A DNA stretch of 63,367 nt, filler included, from Globobulimina sp. (GCA_003354225.1; 48 parts of 48 records of this genome joined end to end with filler, not necessarily neighbours in it); one strand, 5' to 3'; numbered from the whole stretch's first letter, positions 48,646-62,146 are shown. Made by a program: numbers and translations. Notes: a model not told the origin generated them from the letters alone.

Positions 48646-48981
48646 CGTTGCGTTTTTGTGCAAGGATAATATTCAGTTTCTGTTTCACACTGAAATATGT
48701 TTTTCCGTTTTTGTGGCGGATTATTTTCAGTTTCAAACAATATTCCAATTTGTTGGAACTGGAAAAAGGTTTTTTTTTTGAAATTTAAAGAAAACTAAAA
48801 ATAAATGGATTTTCCCAGGCAGGGGCAAAAGGTAAANNNNNNNNNNNNNNNNNNNNNNNNNNNNNNNNNNNNNNNNNNNNTTAATTAATTAANNNNNNNN
48901 NNNNNNNNNNNNNNNNNNNNNNNNNNNNNNNNNNNNGCATACAAATTATATAAAATAAAGTATTAATCTATAAATGTTTTT

Positions 48982-50157
48982 TTAACGTCCATTTTTATAA
49001 AGTAAATATATAATGGAAAGTATTCTAAATGCACCAAATAATACGATTAACATATAAATATCTCTCCATTTATCATCCGGTTTCATATTATATTGATCAA
49101 GAAAATAATTGCCAGCATGTTGACCATTTGCATCAACTGCGCCAACCCCATCAAATTCTAAAATACATAAAACTTCAACACCATAATAATAGACATCAAT
49201 CCATCTTATCCATCTCAACCATTCCGGAATGGAGTTGATCTCAATCAAAAAGCCAGAAAACAACATCAATGGAATCATAACAACTGGCAATAACTGCGTA
49301 GCAACATTTGTATTTGGAGCTAAACAGCCAATAAAAAAGCCCAATGAATCAGCAGTCAACGTAATTATCGCTAAAACAGAATAATACCAAAAGATATCTG
49401 CATGCAAATTGATCATATATTTGGTTAAAATCGCAAAGGGTATCACTACAATGCACGTCCAAGGAATATCAATGAAGAATTTTGCAAGTATCCATGGTGT
49501 GGAATAATACCAATTTCCACTTCTTTCCTTTTCAAAAACAAGTCGCTGTCCAGGGAACACTTGGTTTGACACTGCGATCGCATTCATTGAAACAAACGAT
49601 ATCACCAAAAATATGGCACCAAACCGATTTTGCTTTGAATTAATTTATATTTAATATTGTATAAACAGAAAAAAAAAGAGACGGCAGGCAACAAAACTAA
49701 ATTAATTTGAAAATTTTCATCATCGGATATATCTTTTAAGCGCCACCAAATTAAACCCATCAAAACCGAAATAAACACGATTTGCGCGACACGAACATAC
49801 GTCGACGCTGAATCGCGAATAAATATTCTAAATTGCCTCGAAAGTAATATCCAACATTGCGTCGATACGCCGATCATTGCTTTTTCTTCAATTTCGCCCA
49901 TTTGCGATGCCGTCGAGGTTTGCCTGATTAGGCCTGGCTGCTTGGCGGGAACTAGCCCGCTTAGCCCTGACTGTCGAGGTTTTTTTTTGTTGGCTTTCAC
50001 ATATTTTATCCATTCAGCAATGAAATATTCTGTATTTTGGTTGATTTGCTGTATGATGTAATCACCAATGTTGCTGAAATTCGGACATTGATAGTTAATA
50101 TTTTTGAAATATTCATATATATCTGGTTTTATACCTCCTTCATACACAACTTTCCCT
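48982..50157 (-). CDS. ABCG (White-family) half transporter, 5' partial, intron 49633-49697
   Basis: CPNFSNIGDY; QCWILLSR; spliced INL|QNRFGAIF; VFEKERSGNWY; LFSGF..IPEWLRWI. Confidence 0.92.
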
Positions 50158-50257
50158 NNNNNNNNNNNNNNNNNNNNNNNNNNNNNNNNNNNNNNNNNNN
50201 NTTAATTAATTAANNNNNNNNNNNNNNNNNNNNNNNNNNNNNNNNNNNNNNNNNNNN

Positions 50258-51233
50258 TTGTTTATTAATATTCCAACAAATATCTTTAGGATGTTTTTCT
50301 TGAATATTTTTTGTAGCACCTAACATTTTTAAAAAACCCGCAAGAATATAATTGTAATTTTTCTGCCCATATTCTTTAATTTCTTTCCATGAAGGCCAAT
50401 CTGCTCCAACTTGTGTAACATCAAAGTTACGGTCACATTCTGTAAGAGATCTATCTTGATGTATTTTTGTAATGTGTTCATGTAAACCTCGCTGCGTAAT
50501 AAAATATCGTGGACATTCAAAACATTGAAATTTTTCAGTATTATCTTTATGTTGTTCATAATAGTTTTGCATTTTTTCTTGAGATTTTTCTTTATAATAT
50601 TGTTTTTTAAATGTTTTACGTTTTTTTTTAGCTTTTTTATGATATGATAAATGCATACTTAATCCTCGTGGTGTTTCAAATGTTTTATTACACAATTGAC
50701 ATTTATTCAGGGCAGTATTCATTTTTCTACGTTTTATAGGTTTTGGTGGTTCTTCACATGGAAGGTTTGTTACAAACGGTGTTACATTTTTATAATCTCT
50801 TTTATGAGAACGTCTTTTCACTGTAGTTTTTTCTGGATTCTGCTGGATTTTTCTTTTTTTGGTTGCAGGTTCCAAAGATAAACTAGCAATTTTAGGTAAA
50901 ATATTACATTTTTCTTCTTTTGAATCAGAATCATCTGAATCATGAAAAGTTATAATTCTTCTTTTTCTAATTGGTGATGATGATGATGATGTAGTGGGAT
51001 TAGTGGGATTGGTGGGATTTGTGTGATTGGTGGGATTTGTGTGATTGGTGGGATTTGTGTGATTGGTGGGATTTGTGTGATTGGTGGGATTCGTGGGATT
51101 AGTGGGATTTCTGGGATTGGTGGGATTAGTTGGATTGGTGTGATTGGTGGGATTAGTGGGATTAGTGGGATTAGTGGAATTAGTGGGATTGAAATTTATA
51201 ATTCTTCTTTTTCTAATTGATGATGATGATGAA

Positions 51234-51267
<34 letters not shown>

Positions 51268-51478
51268 GTGATGGTGATGATGATGATGTTGTTGATGATG
51301 ATGATGATGTTGTTGATGATGAAGTTGATGATGTTGATGATGACGTTGTTGATGATGTTGTTGCTGTTGTTGTATTATTATTATTTGGAGTGGTTGAGTT
51401 TAGATCGGAAGTTGTTGTGGCTGTTGCAGCACTGTGTTGTTTCTTCATTAGTTTTTTTGATGCCTTGTCCTGGCACGA
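50258..51478 (-). CDS. C2H2 zinc-finger protein with Ser/Thr tract and NPT/NHT repeats, partial
   Basis: CQLCNKTF..GLSMHLSYH; CFECPRYF..GLHEHITKIH. Confidence 0.75.
50975..51370. repeat. Coding 9/18-nt tandem repeat and (GAT)n microsatellite
   Basis: TAGTGGGAT/TGGTGGGAT/TTGTGTGAT units at 50995-51190; GAT/GTT run at 51218-51370. Confidence 0.9.
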
Positions 51479-51789
51479 NNNNNNNNNNNNNNNNNNNNNN
51501 NNNNNNNNNNNNNNNNNNNNNNTTAATTAATTAANNNNNNNNNNNNNNNNNNNNNNNNNNNNNNNNNNNNNNNNNNNNTACTCGATCAGCATTAGAGAAG
51601 TGCAGCTATTCTGGAGGAAAATTAGCAAATATGTCACACTAACCACTGTTGGGGTGATTTCCACAGTAATTTGCATGTTAATGGTTGGCGTCACTTCGTG
51701 GATTCGAAATCCGTAATAAATAAATAAAAAATCACAACAAAAAGTCACTCACGAGAAAAACACAACAATTTAAAATCACGCAGCAAGCC

Positions 51790-52799
51790 TTATTTTAATT
51801 CTTTGCTACAATAACTCAAAATGATATCGCCAACATCATAACCAAAATGCTCCAAAATAATTCTCTCAACATCTGTACTCCAAAATATTATATTGAAAAA
51901 TTTGCACATTTCTCTTTCCAATTCCTCAGTATCCACTGCACCCCAACGTACCTTCCATTTGCCAGGCTCAATATGTCGCAGCCAATAATTAATCCGAAAC
52001 GCCTTTATTCCAAATACAAACACCAATAATTGCAATCCAATGTAGATCCACAACATAATCATATGGAAGACATTGATTCCATTTCCCAGACTAAAAAACA
52101 ATTTGTTATAACCTAAATATGCCACAATAATCCATGGATATAATACATGCAAAAGCTTTGATAAAATAAAAATCGGAGTAAAAATATATAGCAACACAGT
52201 CACTGCAGTCACCATAATATCCATTGCTAATTCGACACAAAAATCTAAGATCCGTACCCATTCCACCAGTGCCTTGAATTTTTTCTTCCATAATTTAATT
52301 AAATTTGCTTGGACTGGATCCATACATTCATTTCTTATATCAGCACGTTTGATTATTCTTAATTGTTTGTATCCATTCTCTCTGATTGATGTATCAATAA
52401 ATTGACACAGTTTGGAGCAACGCTTCGAGTCTACTCTGTGTAAACCATAATTTACCGCCAAAATACGAAGTCCTCTGTTACGATGTTTGCCGCTCGACAA
52501 AAAATCTACGATCAATGAGATATTCTGCTCAGTATTCATTGAATAATATCCATTGTCAACTCGCGTGGTCAACCCGTCGTAAATTATAAAAGCCACAATG
52601 CTAAAACAAATTATTTCGGGAATGATGCATGCAATGAATACCAAAATGACAGTACATGCGATGATAACCGGTGTGAGTACGAACCAGCAGCATACTAATA
52701 AGGTGTTGAAAAAAGGCTCCTTCTCAAAGTCACCGATTCCAAACTCTTCGATAGTCAAAAAGCTAACACACGAACAAAGCCAATAAATTACGCCAAAGA
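51790..52799 (-). CDS. Multi-pass membrane protein of unknown function, 5' partial
   Basis: 322-aa ORF with several hydrophobic helices. Confidence 0.65.
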
Positions 52800-52899
52800 N
52801 NNNNNNNNNNNNNNNNNNNNNNNNNNNNNNNNNNNNNNNNNNNTTAATTAATTAANNNNNNNNNNNNNNNNNNNNNNNNNNNNNNNNNNNNNNNNNNNN

Positions 52900-53370
52900 T
52901 TTAATAAGTCTTGCTTTTCTAAGTCAAACAATTTCTCACATTCTTTGATTTGATATGGTTTGTCCCAAAAAGAGGATATATACACTCGCATCACTTCCGG
53001 TGTTTGAACAACTTTCCCCAAACTCCATAATAAGGGCCATACACTCTCATTAATTGCTGTTGGTTTATTGCGTCTGCTTTGTTTAATATACACCGGATTT
53101 TATCGAAATTGCCCCGTAAGGCTAAGATTGCAGATTTAAATTCGTCACTATATAATTTATGTGCATTTAAAAAGGACATTCCAAAGCTCTCCAAAGCCTT
53201 AAATGGACGGCTGCCACATTGCCGGGTATTATACGCTCCTTTTTGTCGTTATACATGACAGCAACAAACTTATCCGTGGTCTGTTCTGGCCCAATACGCG
53301 AACCTGGGAAATCTCTCTCTAATAAATATTTTATAAATGTTGTTTTTCCAACAGAATATTGGCCCATTTG
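52900..53370 (-). pseudogene. EHD (EH-domain ATPase) pseudogene
   Basis: GQYSVGKTTFI..IGPEQTTD; AHKL..DKIRCILNKAD..QQLMRVYG; WSLGKV..TPEVMRVYISSFW are spread over three frames; the DTPG segment is missing. Confidence 0.9.
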
Positions 53371-53442
53371 GATAGAATGTTGTTCAACAAAAACGGATAT
53401 TGGATAGAAACAAACCTTGAATTGACGGTGCCTCTCACCACC

Positions 53443-53512
53443 ATCCCACGCCAGGATTTGAACCTGGATTCCCTGCATAAAAGCAGTGCTTTGCCAATTG
53501 AGTTACGTGGGA
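53443..53512 (-). tRNA. tRNA pseudogene or tRNA-derived SINE head (anticodon unclear, possibly Lys-TTT)
   Basis: 7-bp acceptor stem TCCCACG/CGTGGGA; T-arm CCAGG-TTCAAAT-CCTGG; D-loop AATTGGCA; mismatched D stem and shortened anticodon arm. Confidence 0.65.
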
Positions 53513-54432
53513 TTTGTGCACCAACAAATCACCAACAACAAAATTAATATGTTTTGTTAGTATCTAGATATAAAAGCAAATGCCGAGGTGTTTGATAAGA
53601 TCAGTATTAAAAAAAAAAAACTTTTCGAACAGCAAAAAAAACCAGTACTTATCGGAGAGCCCTAATCAAGTATTCAATTTTGTTTTTCTTTTATTTTCCA
53701 GAGTGCGGCACATTTGTTCATTATCCGATCACAGTCACGAAGAAAGGTGAAGTGATTGGCACTGGGAAGACGTCCAAGACTGACAAATGCTGTTTGTATG
53801 GTAACATTACTGTTCCGCAAAACTGTTTGTATGGTAACATTAAATGCCTGACATTAAATGCCCAATGTCGAGAATGGTTTCGCTATTTGGTACAGTTGAA
53901 CCACCACGTTCCAACACAGTGTTATCCTCACCAACGCAAAAGCAACTGGGTCACCACGTGTGGGTCACCAACGGCAAAATGACAAGGACCAGAAACAGTA
54001 AAAGAAACTGCCTGACCAACTTGAAAAAGCATTTTGCGGAGCTGTATATATTATCCTCATTGTGTTTCCGCACTTGTAAAAACTGTTCCGCAAATTCACG
54101 ACTTTGCACTTTGACTTTTCNNNNNNNNNNNNNNNNNNNNNNNNNNNNNNNNNNNNNNNNNNNNTTAATTAATTAANNNNNNNNNNNNNNNNNNNNNNNN
54201 NNNNNNNNNNNNNNNNNNNNCTCGCGAATATCTTCGTCTGATATGGCTTCTTTATGTTCCTTTTTTTCGTCTTGTTCTGATATATCATCTTCATCGTCAT
54301 CCTTCCCTGCGACTGGCTCATAAAATACTGGTGAACTCAAGGATGATTTCAACAAAGGAAGGTTTTCGGAAGACAGCATTTTTTTTGGTCTGGTTTATAT
54401 TACAAATTAAACAAAAGGAAAAATTGTATTTA

Positions 54433-55320
54433 TCACTGATATTGATGCGAAACCGATAGCCGTTGATCATGCTCAACACTTAATTCACATTGTTCAGTTT
54501 CACTGTCACTTTCAGCATTATTTACGTTGTTATTATTATTATTGTTAACACCGTACACATTTGGTTTTTGATTGACAAACTTGTGTTGTTGTTGATATTG
54601 CGCAGATAATTTCGCATGAAATGTAGATGTATATGTAATTGATTCATGGTCATCATCCAATTTAATTCGAATAATTCTTTCTTCACAAAAACAGCAAAAC
54701 TGACAAAAAACATAATAACCAAAATGATTCGGAGTGAGATTAAAACAGCAACAATAATTCTCATTGTCCGATATCGGTTTATAACCATAATATTTGCCGG
54801 TTCTTTGCATATTTTTAAGTTGTTTTTCTTGATATTTTACTTTTAATTTATGATATTTTCTTTGATATGTACGGCAACAATAAATTAATAAAATAATGAT
54901 GGATATAAAAAATATAACAATGGCACTCAAAATAATAAAATATAATGGAAGATGACAATCATCGGCGGAATAACCAACATTGCAATGACACACTGCATCG
55001 TAATCACAATACCCATTCCCGTTGCAATCCCCTGGACATTTACTCGTAAACGATAATGATAAATTTGTCAAAAATAATAACGGCGCAAATGTGTTATATA
55101 CATTATGATCGTCATCGATATACTTATAATACGTAATTGTAATTGGCACCACATTATGCAACGAATGACGATCAATAACTGGCATACTACAAAATATCAC
55201 TGTGTCATTTATGACATTTCCAGCCGATGCTACTATATCATTACCAAAATTACATCGAACATCCCACGCATTGATATGCAACGCATTGGCACCAATAAAT
55301 AAATTATCGCCATATAAATA
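54433..55320 (-). CDS. IPT/TIG-like + EGF-like single-pass membrane protein
   Basis: VRCNFG..INDTVIFC..P (IPT); CPGDCNGNGYC..VCHCNVGYSADDC (EGF); TM helix and Cys-rich tail. Confidence 0.75.
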   Translation of the reverse strand, partial: YLYGDNLFIGANALHINAWDVRCNFGNDIVASAGNVINDTVIFCSMPVIDRHSLHNVVPITITYYKYIDDDHNVYNTFAPLLFLTNLSLSFTSKCPGDCNGNGYCDYDAVCHCNVGYSADDCHLPLYFIILSAIVIFFISIIILLIYCCRTYQRKYHKLKVKYQEKQLKNMQRTGKYYGYKPISDNENYCCCFNLTPNHFGYYVFCQFCCFCEERIIRIKLDDDHESITYTSTFHAKLSAQYQQQHKFVNQKPNVYGVNNNNNNNVNNAESDSETEQCELSVEHDQRLSVSHQYQ

Positions 55321-56017
55321 AATATGTTTGCTTTGCTGGAATTAGAACTTCACTTAACGGCTCAGGAGCAAAATCAGCAGCCATTTTACTAATGCTGTTT
55401 AAATCAGATTTAAGGTGTTCAGCATCTTTATTGTTTTTATCNNNNNNNNNNNNNNNNNNNNNNNNNNNNNNNNNNNNNNNNNNNNTTAATTAATTAANNN
55501 NNNNNNNNNNNNNNNNNNNNNNNNNNNNNNNNNNNNNNNNNAAAAGTAAAATAGAACACCACTATCCCGCATACGCTAAGGAAAACACGAACAACGTCCA
55601 CGGTGCACTCGTTTTATTCATAAAATAAAGAGGCCGGTAACTAACAAAAGAGCACGGCCGAAAGTCAAGACCAGAACACGATAACAATGAATAGTGGCAA
55701 GTAAAAGGGCAAAGTAAAAATACAGTTTGATACGACATAACAATATACTAATGAGCTATTATATAATAATTGCATAAAGCGACATCAAAATAACAAAGCA
55801 CCATAATATACAGTATTGCATTACAATCAAAGGAATAACATGCATGCAAAAGGCGCGAAATTCAAACGTTATAAATACAAAACACATTAAACTATTTATG
55901 CACTCTTATCGCTATAAAGATCTTATTAGCGATAGCTATAAAATAATACTATTACATGTTAAGTACATAAATGTGCAATTAAAAATAGGTAAAAAGCCAA
56001 TGTAATGCCCAATTGGC

Positions 56018-56762
56018 ATGACATCCTTCCCCCCTAATGATGTAAATAATGATTCTTTGGCCCAAAATCAATACAAGAAAAGTCACGTTGGTAGCGTGAT
56101 GTGGTCATCTTCGGAGGGTGGACTCGAATCGCTACGTCCAACTGATTTGCCACAAATACCTGACCAAAAAGAAAGCAACGCTTCTGCATTAAAGCAAACC
56201 TTATGCGAATTGGACGAATTTCAGTCAATTAACATGTTTAAAAGGAAATGGACAATAATAAAACAAATTGGATGGGGAGGAGAAGGATCTGTGTTTGAAA
56301 TAAAAAACAAACAGAAAGCAGAAAATAAAACCCCAGCAACAATGGAGTTTGCCGCCAAAATTACATACTTCACAAACGAAGACATTTACCAATCGCTGGA
56401 AGACAGAATATTGGCCACATACTGCATAATAAACAAATACAAATTAGTAAGAAACGGTAACTTATTAAATTACATTGATTTATATATTGACAAAACGAAT
56501 TATAAGAAAGCAATGATTGTAATGCAGAAATTGTCCGATTGTCTAAGCACGAAACGAGATTGTAAATGGAATGGAATATTTAATATAAAACGGATTGCGA
56601 AAAATGTTGCAAATAATATCAAAGAAGTACATGATTTAAATTATGTCCATTTGGATTTAAAGAAAGGTAATATTATGTACAATAAATACGAAAAAAAATG
56701 GAAGATAATAGATTACGGATTTGCTAAATATATTGACCCGAATATTGGTTTTTTAAAAACGA
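56018..56762 (+). CDS. Ser/Thr protein kinase, 3' partial
   Basis: IGWGGEGSVF, AAK, HLDLKKGN, IIDYG. Confidence 0.9.
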
Positions 56763-57096
56763 NNNNNNNNNNNNNNNNNNNNNNNNNNNNNNNNNNNNNN
56801 NNNNNNTTAATTAATTAANNNNNNNNNNNNNNNNNNNNNNNNNNNNNNNNNNNNNNNNNNNNTTTTTTCATTGTTTTTTTTTTCTCATTTTTCGTGTTGT
56901 CTTTGTTCTAATCCATACATTTTGAACATTTTTAATTCGCGTTGGTTGCAAATAAATTTGCATGTGTTTGTGTTCTTTTTTCGCAATAATTCATAATTAT
57001 TTTTTATTTCATCCCATAATTATATATTGAAAACGTACACAAGCAGTTCCTTAAAAGGTTAAATTATCAAGAATCTAGCTGCCGCTCTCAAGCAGT

Positions 57097-58083
57097 ATGC
57101 GTACTGCTGTTGGACTCACCGAAAAGCAGTTATATACATTTATAGTGATATTTCGCGTTATTAACTCATTGACTATCCAAACATATTTCAATCCTGACGA
57201 ATATTGGCAATGTCTTGAGGTAGCACATTTTGATGTGTTTGGATATGGTTATCTGACATGGGAATGGTTACCTGATTGGAAAATCCGATCTTATGCGTAT
57301 CCTGCATTGATTTCGTTCATGTATTATATTTTCAAAATATTGCATCTTGACACAACGGTCTTACTAGTTTAGTTTATCAATGATTATACATGCAATGAGA
57401 CATAATTTATAATCAATAACTGAACAAGATTCATGGACCAAGAATATTACATGCAATTGGCACAGCTATTACTGATATTATGGTATATCGGTCTGCAAAC
57501 AATTGGTTTGGTAGCAAGTCAGCTAATTTCGCAGTTAATTGTTTTGTTTTTGTTTAAATAGGTTTTGATTGCATTGCATTTGATTGTAAGTACAGTTGCT
57601 GTGTTCATTGATGAATTGGTTTATATTTTATGCACTCCCACGAACATTCTCAAATTCATTGGAAACATATTTGACAATGATTGCATTTTATTATTGTTAA
57701 GTTTATACAGTTGCATCATATCCTTGCCTTCAAATTAATTTATCTTCTAATAAGGGCCATTACCAAATGCAGTTTCATCACTAACTATACCAAAACATGC
57801 TAAACATAGAAGATATGCATTAATATTTGCATCCATTGCATGCATTATTCGGATCACAAACGTTGTTATTTGGATACCATTGTTTTTAAGAGAACTTCTT
57901 ACATTGTTACATATGAAAAAATATAAATTGTTGCAACTATTTATTTTTGATGTGATAGTTATTGGTGTTATTTCAATATTAATTTTGATCGGAATTGATT
58001 CATTTTATTATGGTGAATTTACAATAACTCCCTTTAATTTTTATTGGTTTAATAACACATTGAATGGATCTGTGTTATACGGA
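57097..58083 (+). CDS. PIGB: GPI mannosyltransferase 3 (PIG-B/GPI10), 3' partial, introns 57367-57428, 57534-57595, 57696-57754
   Basis: TYFNPDEYWQCLEVAH..GYGYLTWEW..IRSY; spliced GPRIL, NWF..PRTFSNSLET, YYWP, IIRITN, DSFYYG. Confidence 0.92.
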
Positions 58084-58183
58084 NNNNNNNNNNNNNNNNN
58101 NNNNNNNNNNNNNNNNNNNNNNNNNNNTTAATTAATTAANNNNNNNNNNNNNNNNNNNNNNNNNNNNNNNNNNNNNNNNNNNN

Positions 58184-58982
58184 CAAACAATCCCATCCAT
58201 TCAATATCTGCATACTTCCTTTTCATGCATTTCATATTCATATCCATAGCATTCACATCCCTCAATAAATAATAACATCTCACATTAAAATACATTTCAA
58301 GATCCGGTAAATTGCCCTCATCTGTACTCCCATCATATTGTTCATAAAACTTCAATGAATCTGCAAACATTTCCATATTTTCAATGACATATTCTTTTCC
58401 ATCTTCATCTGCATTAAATAATGCATTTTTTATCTCTGCAAATTGATTGCATAAATTTGGCGTAAAACATTTCGATATTTTTACCACATTCCTTTCATTC
58501 ATGTTTTGCAATGATTTGAACGACTTTATAGCTCCAATCATAAACTCCTCATAACACATTATATTTTTCTTTAAGCCGCGCATTCGAACTCTTTGTATGC
58601 CATCAAATGCATTGCTTAACATATATTTTATCCATTTATTAGTATCGGTGAAGAGTGGTTGCGTACAATTTGATGTGTTCAGCTTTGATAATTCTTTGTT
58701 ATATCTTTGAATCCATTCTTTATGTTCTTGGTCCAAAGCGGTCAAACTCCAAAATGAATGATTGCGCGCTGTCTTTGCTTGAAACCTTAAGTTTGCTTCA
58801 AATTCACTCATTTTCTTCATTGGGCCGGTTTTCATAATATTGTCTTTGTCATTGTCCAGGTTTGATGAGAATTTATGTGATTGTAAATTGTGTAACGTTG
58901 GTCTTTGTGATAGAGAGTGTAAAGGGGAATAAGTGTTTGTTCTGTTAATTGTTTGCAGGAAGGAAAATTCTAGAAAATTCAA
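58184..58982 (-). CDS. Hypothetical protein, possibly mitochondrial (weakly Tim44/MAIP1-like), partial
   Basis: Long open frame; presequence-like N-terminal composition; EEFMIGAIKSF..CFTPNL only weakly suggestive. Confidence 0.4.
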
Positions 58983-60825
58983 TGCGATATATATGCATAT
59001 GTATCATATATGTACCTGGTTAGTTGGCGGGTAATATGACGAAGTTTCATGAGTATGCGTGTGTTGGTTGAGAGGAACCGCAAGTAACGAAAGCTAGAAC
59101 GGACTCTAGGGATGTTTTTTGGTCAAATATATGAAAGGGTTTTTGGTAGTAACATGTACGAAGTGAGAAATTGATGACATCAGTGATCAGTATTCATTAC
59201 TATTATGACAAGCGTTGTATTATTGTTAGAGCCACTTTCTCTATTTTTCAGGTCGTGGCAGATTTCTAGAATTACTAATTATTTGTGCTTTCAACAGTTA
59301 TTTATTTGGTTGGCATGTCCATGAAAAAGCAATATTATTAATTACAGTACCCTTTACTATTTTGGCTGTCAAAAACCGACATTATATACCTCTTATAAAA
59401 CCCANNNNNNNNNNNNNNNNNNNNNNNNNNNNNNNNNNNNNNNNNNNNTTAATTAATTAANNNNNNNNNNNNNNNNNNNNNNNNNNNNNNNNNNNNNNNN
59501 NNNNTTTCAATATATGATCAGAATCCTAAGGGAAACTTCGCAGTCTAATATATATATTAGCTGTATAATATATAATATTAGTACTAATATGCGTACCTCT
59601 TATCGGGAACACTACTGTATATCAAACTGCATCTTTATCACGTTGTATTTTGCAAATTATAATGATTGGATTGAATTGGATGGATGGATTGATTGATTGG
59701 GTGGATTGTTTGGATGAATTGGAAATTTATTATTTGATTGTTATGATGGCTTAGTGCATCGCCATCATCATAACCACAAACACGAAATTATAAGGAAACG
59801 ATAGTGGTCTGTGATGACCACGAATTAAACGAAAAAAAAGAAGGAAAAAGATGGTGGTCTGGCATGACCAAACTGACTGACAAAAATGAAAAATTTGGAA
59901 AAATTAAGGAAAGAATTGGTGGTGTTACTCCACCACGGATTGAATGGAAAAATTGAAAAGAAAAAGAAAGAAAAATTAGACGGTGATTACCATCACCAAC
60001 TGGATGAATATGATGATGATGATGATGAGCTAGTGCATGCTCGTCAACATAATTATAGGCGTTTATGTTTAATTTTTGGGGCGATAGACCCTTATTCGAT
60101 GTTAATTTCAATTTTGATGAAAATAGTAGTAGTACTAGTAGTATTAGGCATCAGCACACTAACTCTTTCGTCATTTTGCTTGCTTTGTGCTTTTGATATT
60201 GTGTGTGTCTTGTATCAATCAGATAGGTTCTAAAAAGAAAGACTTCAATTTGTCGAATTGACAAAGTTTGAAAATACCAGAATTCCATTTTTTGAAACTT
60301 TTTAATTTGGTTTGTTTTGTGAATACAATAACATATTCAGTTATCCTATGGACTAAAGAAAGCTGTGGAAATAATTTCAAACACCTTTATGGCAACGAAT
60401 ATTATGAAGTCGATGCTGACATGGACTGATTTGTTTATGTATACAATCAATTGATAATAATGTTATGGATTGCAGATAATTTGTATTTGCAGCTGACATT
60501 ACACTGATTACAGTCATACATAATGATATATTTACTTAGTTTGCTTGGTTCAATTTGTATGGCATTTTAAGACTGATCAATATCACATGGGTCACACCAT
60601 TTAATTATACCATTATATTGATCGATGGCTAGTTGTATGAATTTGGTTGCAACTGCCAAATAATATTAACAATAGACTTAGATTGATGTTATATAGACCA
60701 CCAACTATTATTGTTTTTCTTTGTCNNNNNNNNNNNNNNNNNNNNNNNNNNNNNNNNNNNNNNNNNNNNTTAATTAATTAANNNNNNNNNNNNNNNNNNN
60801 NNNNNNNNNNNNNNNNNNNNNNNNN

Positions 60826-62046
60826 TTCAGTCAATACCAGCAAACTCTATCCATTTGCACTCCACAACACGCATATCATTAACCAATAGCCTCGCAACTC
60901 GATTCCATACCATATCACCATCCAATCAACAACCGCATAAAAAAATAAATGCTCTAAACAAATATCACCACACTCTCTACACCCATACACGACCTAACAT
61001 TCACACCATTTCATCACATCGAAAATTCAAGAAATTTCAACCTAACACTTCTAACCACAAACAACACAGCAAACTGTTCAAACATAACCAGCAATATTTC
61101 AACGCTGCTTCCTCGCAAAAAAAAGACTATTACGAAACACTGGGCCTTCCCCGAGATGCAAAAGACACCGAAGTAAAGAAAACATTCTATAAAGTTAAAC
61201 CTACACACATTTCCCCGCAAGGAAATTTCCATAAATTTCGCCCACATTCACTCAAACAACACCACACTGCCACAGCTAGCAAAACAATGGCATCCCGATG
61301 CCAACAAAGCGCCCGAAGCCAAGGACAAGTTCTCCGAAATCAACGAAGCGTATCAAGTGCTATCCAACAAAGAGAAACGCGCTCAATATGATAGATTCGG
61401 CCATGACATGAATAACATGGGCGGTATGGGCGGATTTAACGCCGCTGACATTAATTTGAATGATTTATTCGAGAACTTGTTCGGTCGCAATACGGGCGGC
61501 GGTGGGTTTAATCCCTTCGGCGATCTATTTGGCGCAATGGGTGGTGGGCAAGAAATGAATGACCCAAACGCACCGCAGCATGGCCGTGATTTACAAGTCG
61601 ACGTCGCATTGACTTTCATGGAGGCTGTAAATGGCAGCAGTCGAGAATTAAAACTACAGCGCTTTGATGAGTGCAACCTGTGTAAGAGCAGTGGCATTGA
61701 AGCTGGCACGAAATCCGTCAAATGCAGTACTTGCGAAGGCAAAGGGAGAATGGTGCAGCAATCTGGCTTTATGGTGATACAGCAGACGTGTTGGGATTGC
61801 AATGGTGCTGGGCATAAGCACACAAATTGCAAACAGTGCCAAGGCAGCGGGTTAAGCTCAAATGTGTCGTCATTGGATGTCAATATCCCCGCCGGCGTGG
61901 ATGATGGCACTCGAGTTCGCATTGCCGGGCAAGGCCATTGTGGCAAGAATCATGGCGGTCGCGGCCATGCGTGGTTGCTCTGCAAAGTGAAATCGGATGA
62001 GCGGTTTGAGAGAAATGGGTCGGACGTTCATATCAGTGTTAATGTG
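60826..62046 (+). CDS. Mitochondrial type I DnaJ (Mdj1/Tid1-like), partial, intron 61194-61275
   Basis: [21 protein letters not shown] region; CxxCxGxG repeats; IPAGVDDG; basic presequence-like N-terminus. Confidence 0.92.
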
Positions 62047-62146
62047 NNNNNNNNNNNNNNNNNNNNNNNNNNNNNNNNNNNNNNNNNNNNTTAATTAATT
62101 AANNNNNNNNNNNNNNNNNNNNNNNNNNNNNNNNNNNNNNNNNNNN

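Noticed and set aside
50995-51190. Telomere-like TAGTGGGAT repeats
   Set aside because: They lie inside an ORF and encode NPT/NHT tripeptides on the minus strand
51144-51534. Poly-Asp and poly-Met ORFs on the plus strand
   Set aside because: Antisense shadows of the Ser-rich (TCA)n tract of the zinc-finger gene
59505-60725. Possible membrane-protein gene
   Set aside because: Only short, stop-interrupted hydrophobic frames; no consistent gene model
1225-62146. Regularly spaced TTAATTAATTAA 'repeat' and any cross-contig gene neighbourhood
   Set aside because: Artificial linker between length-sorted contigs, so no operon or system can be inferred across it
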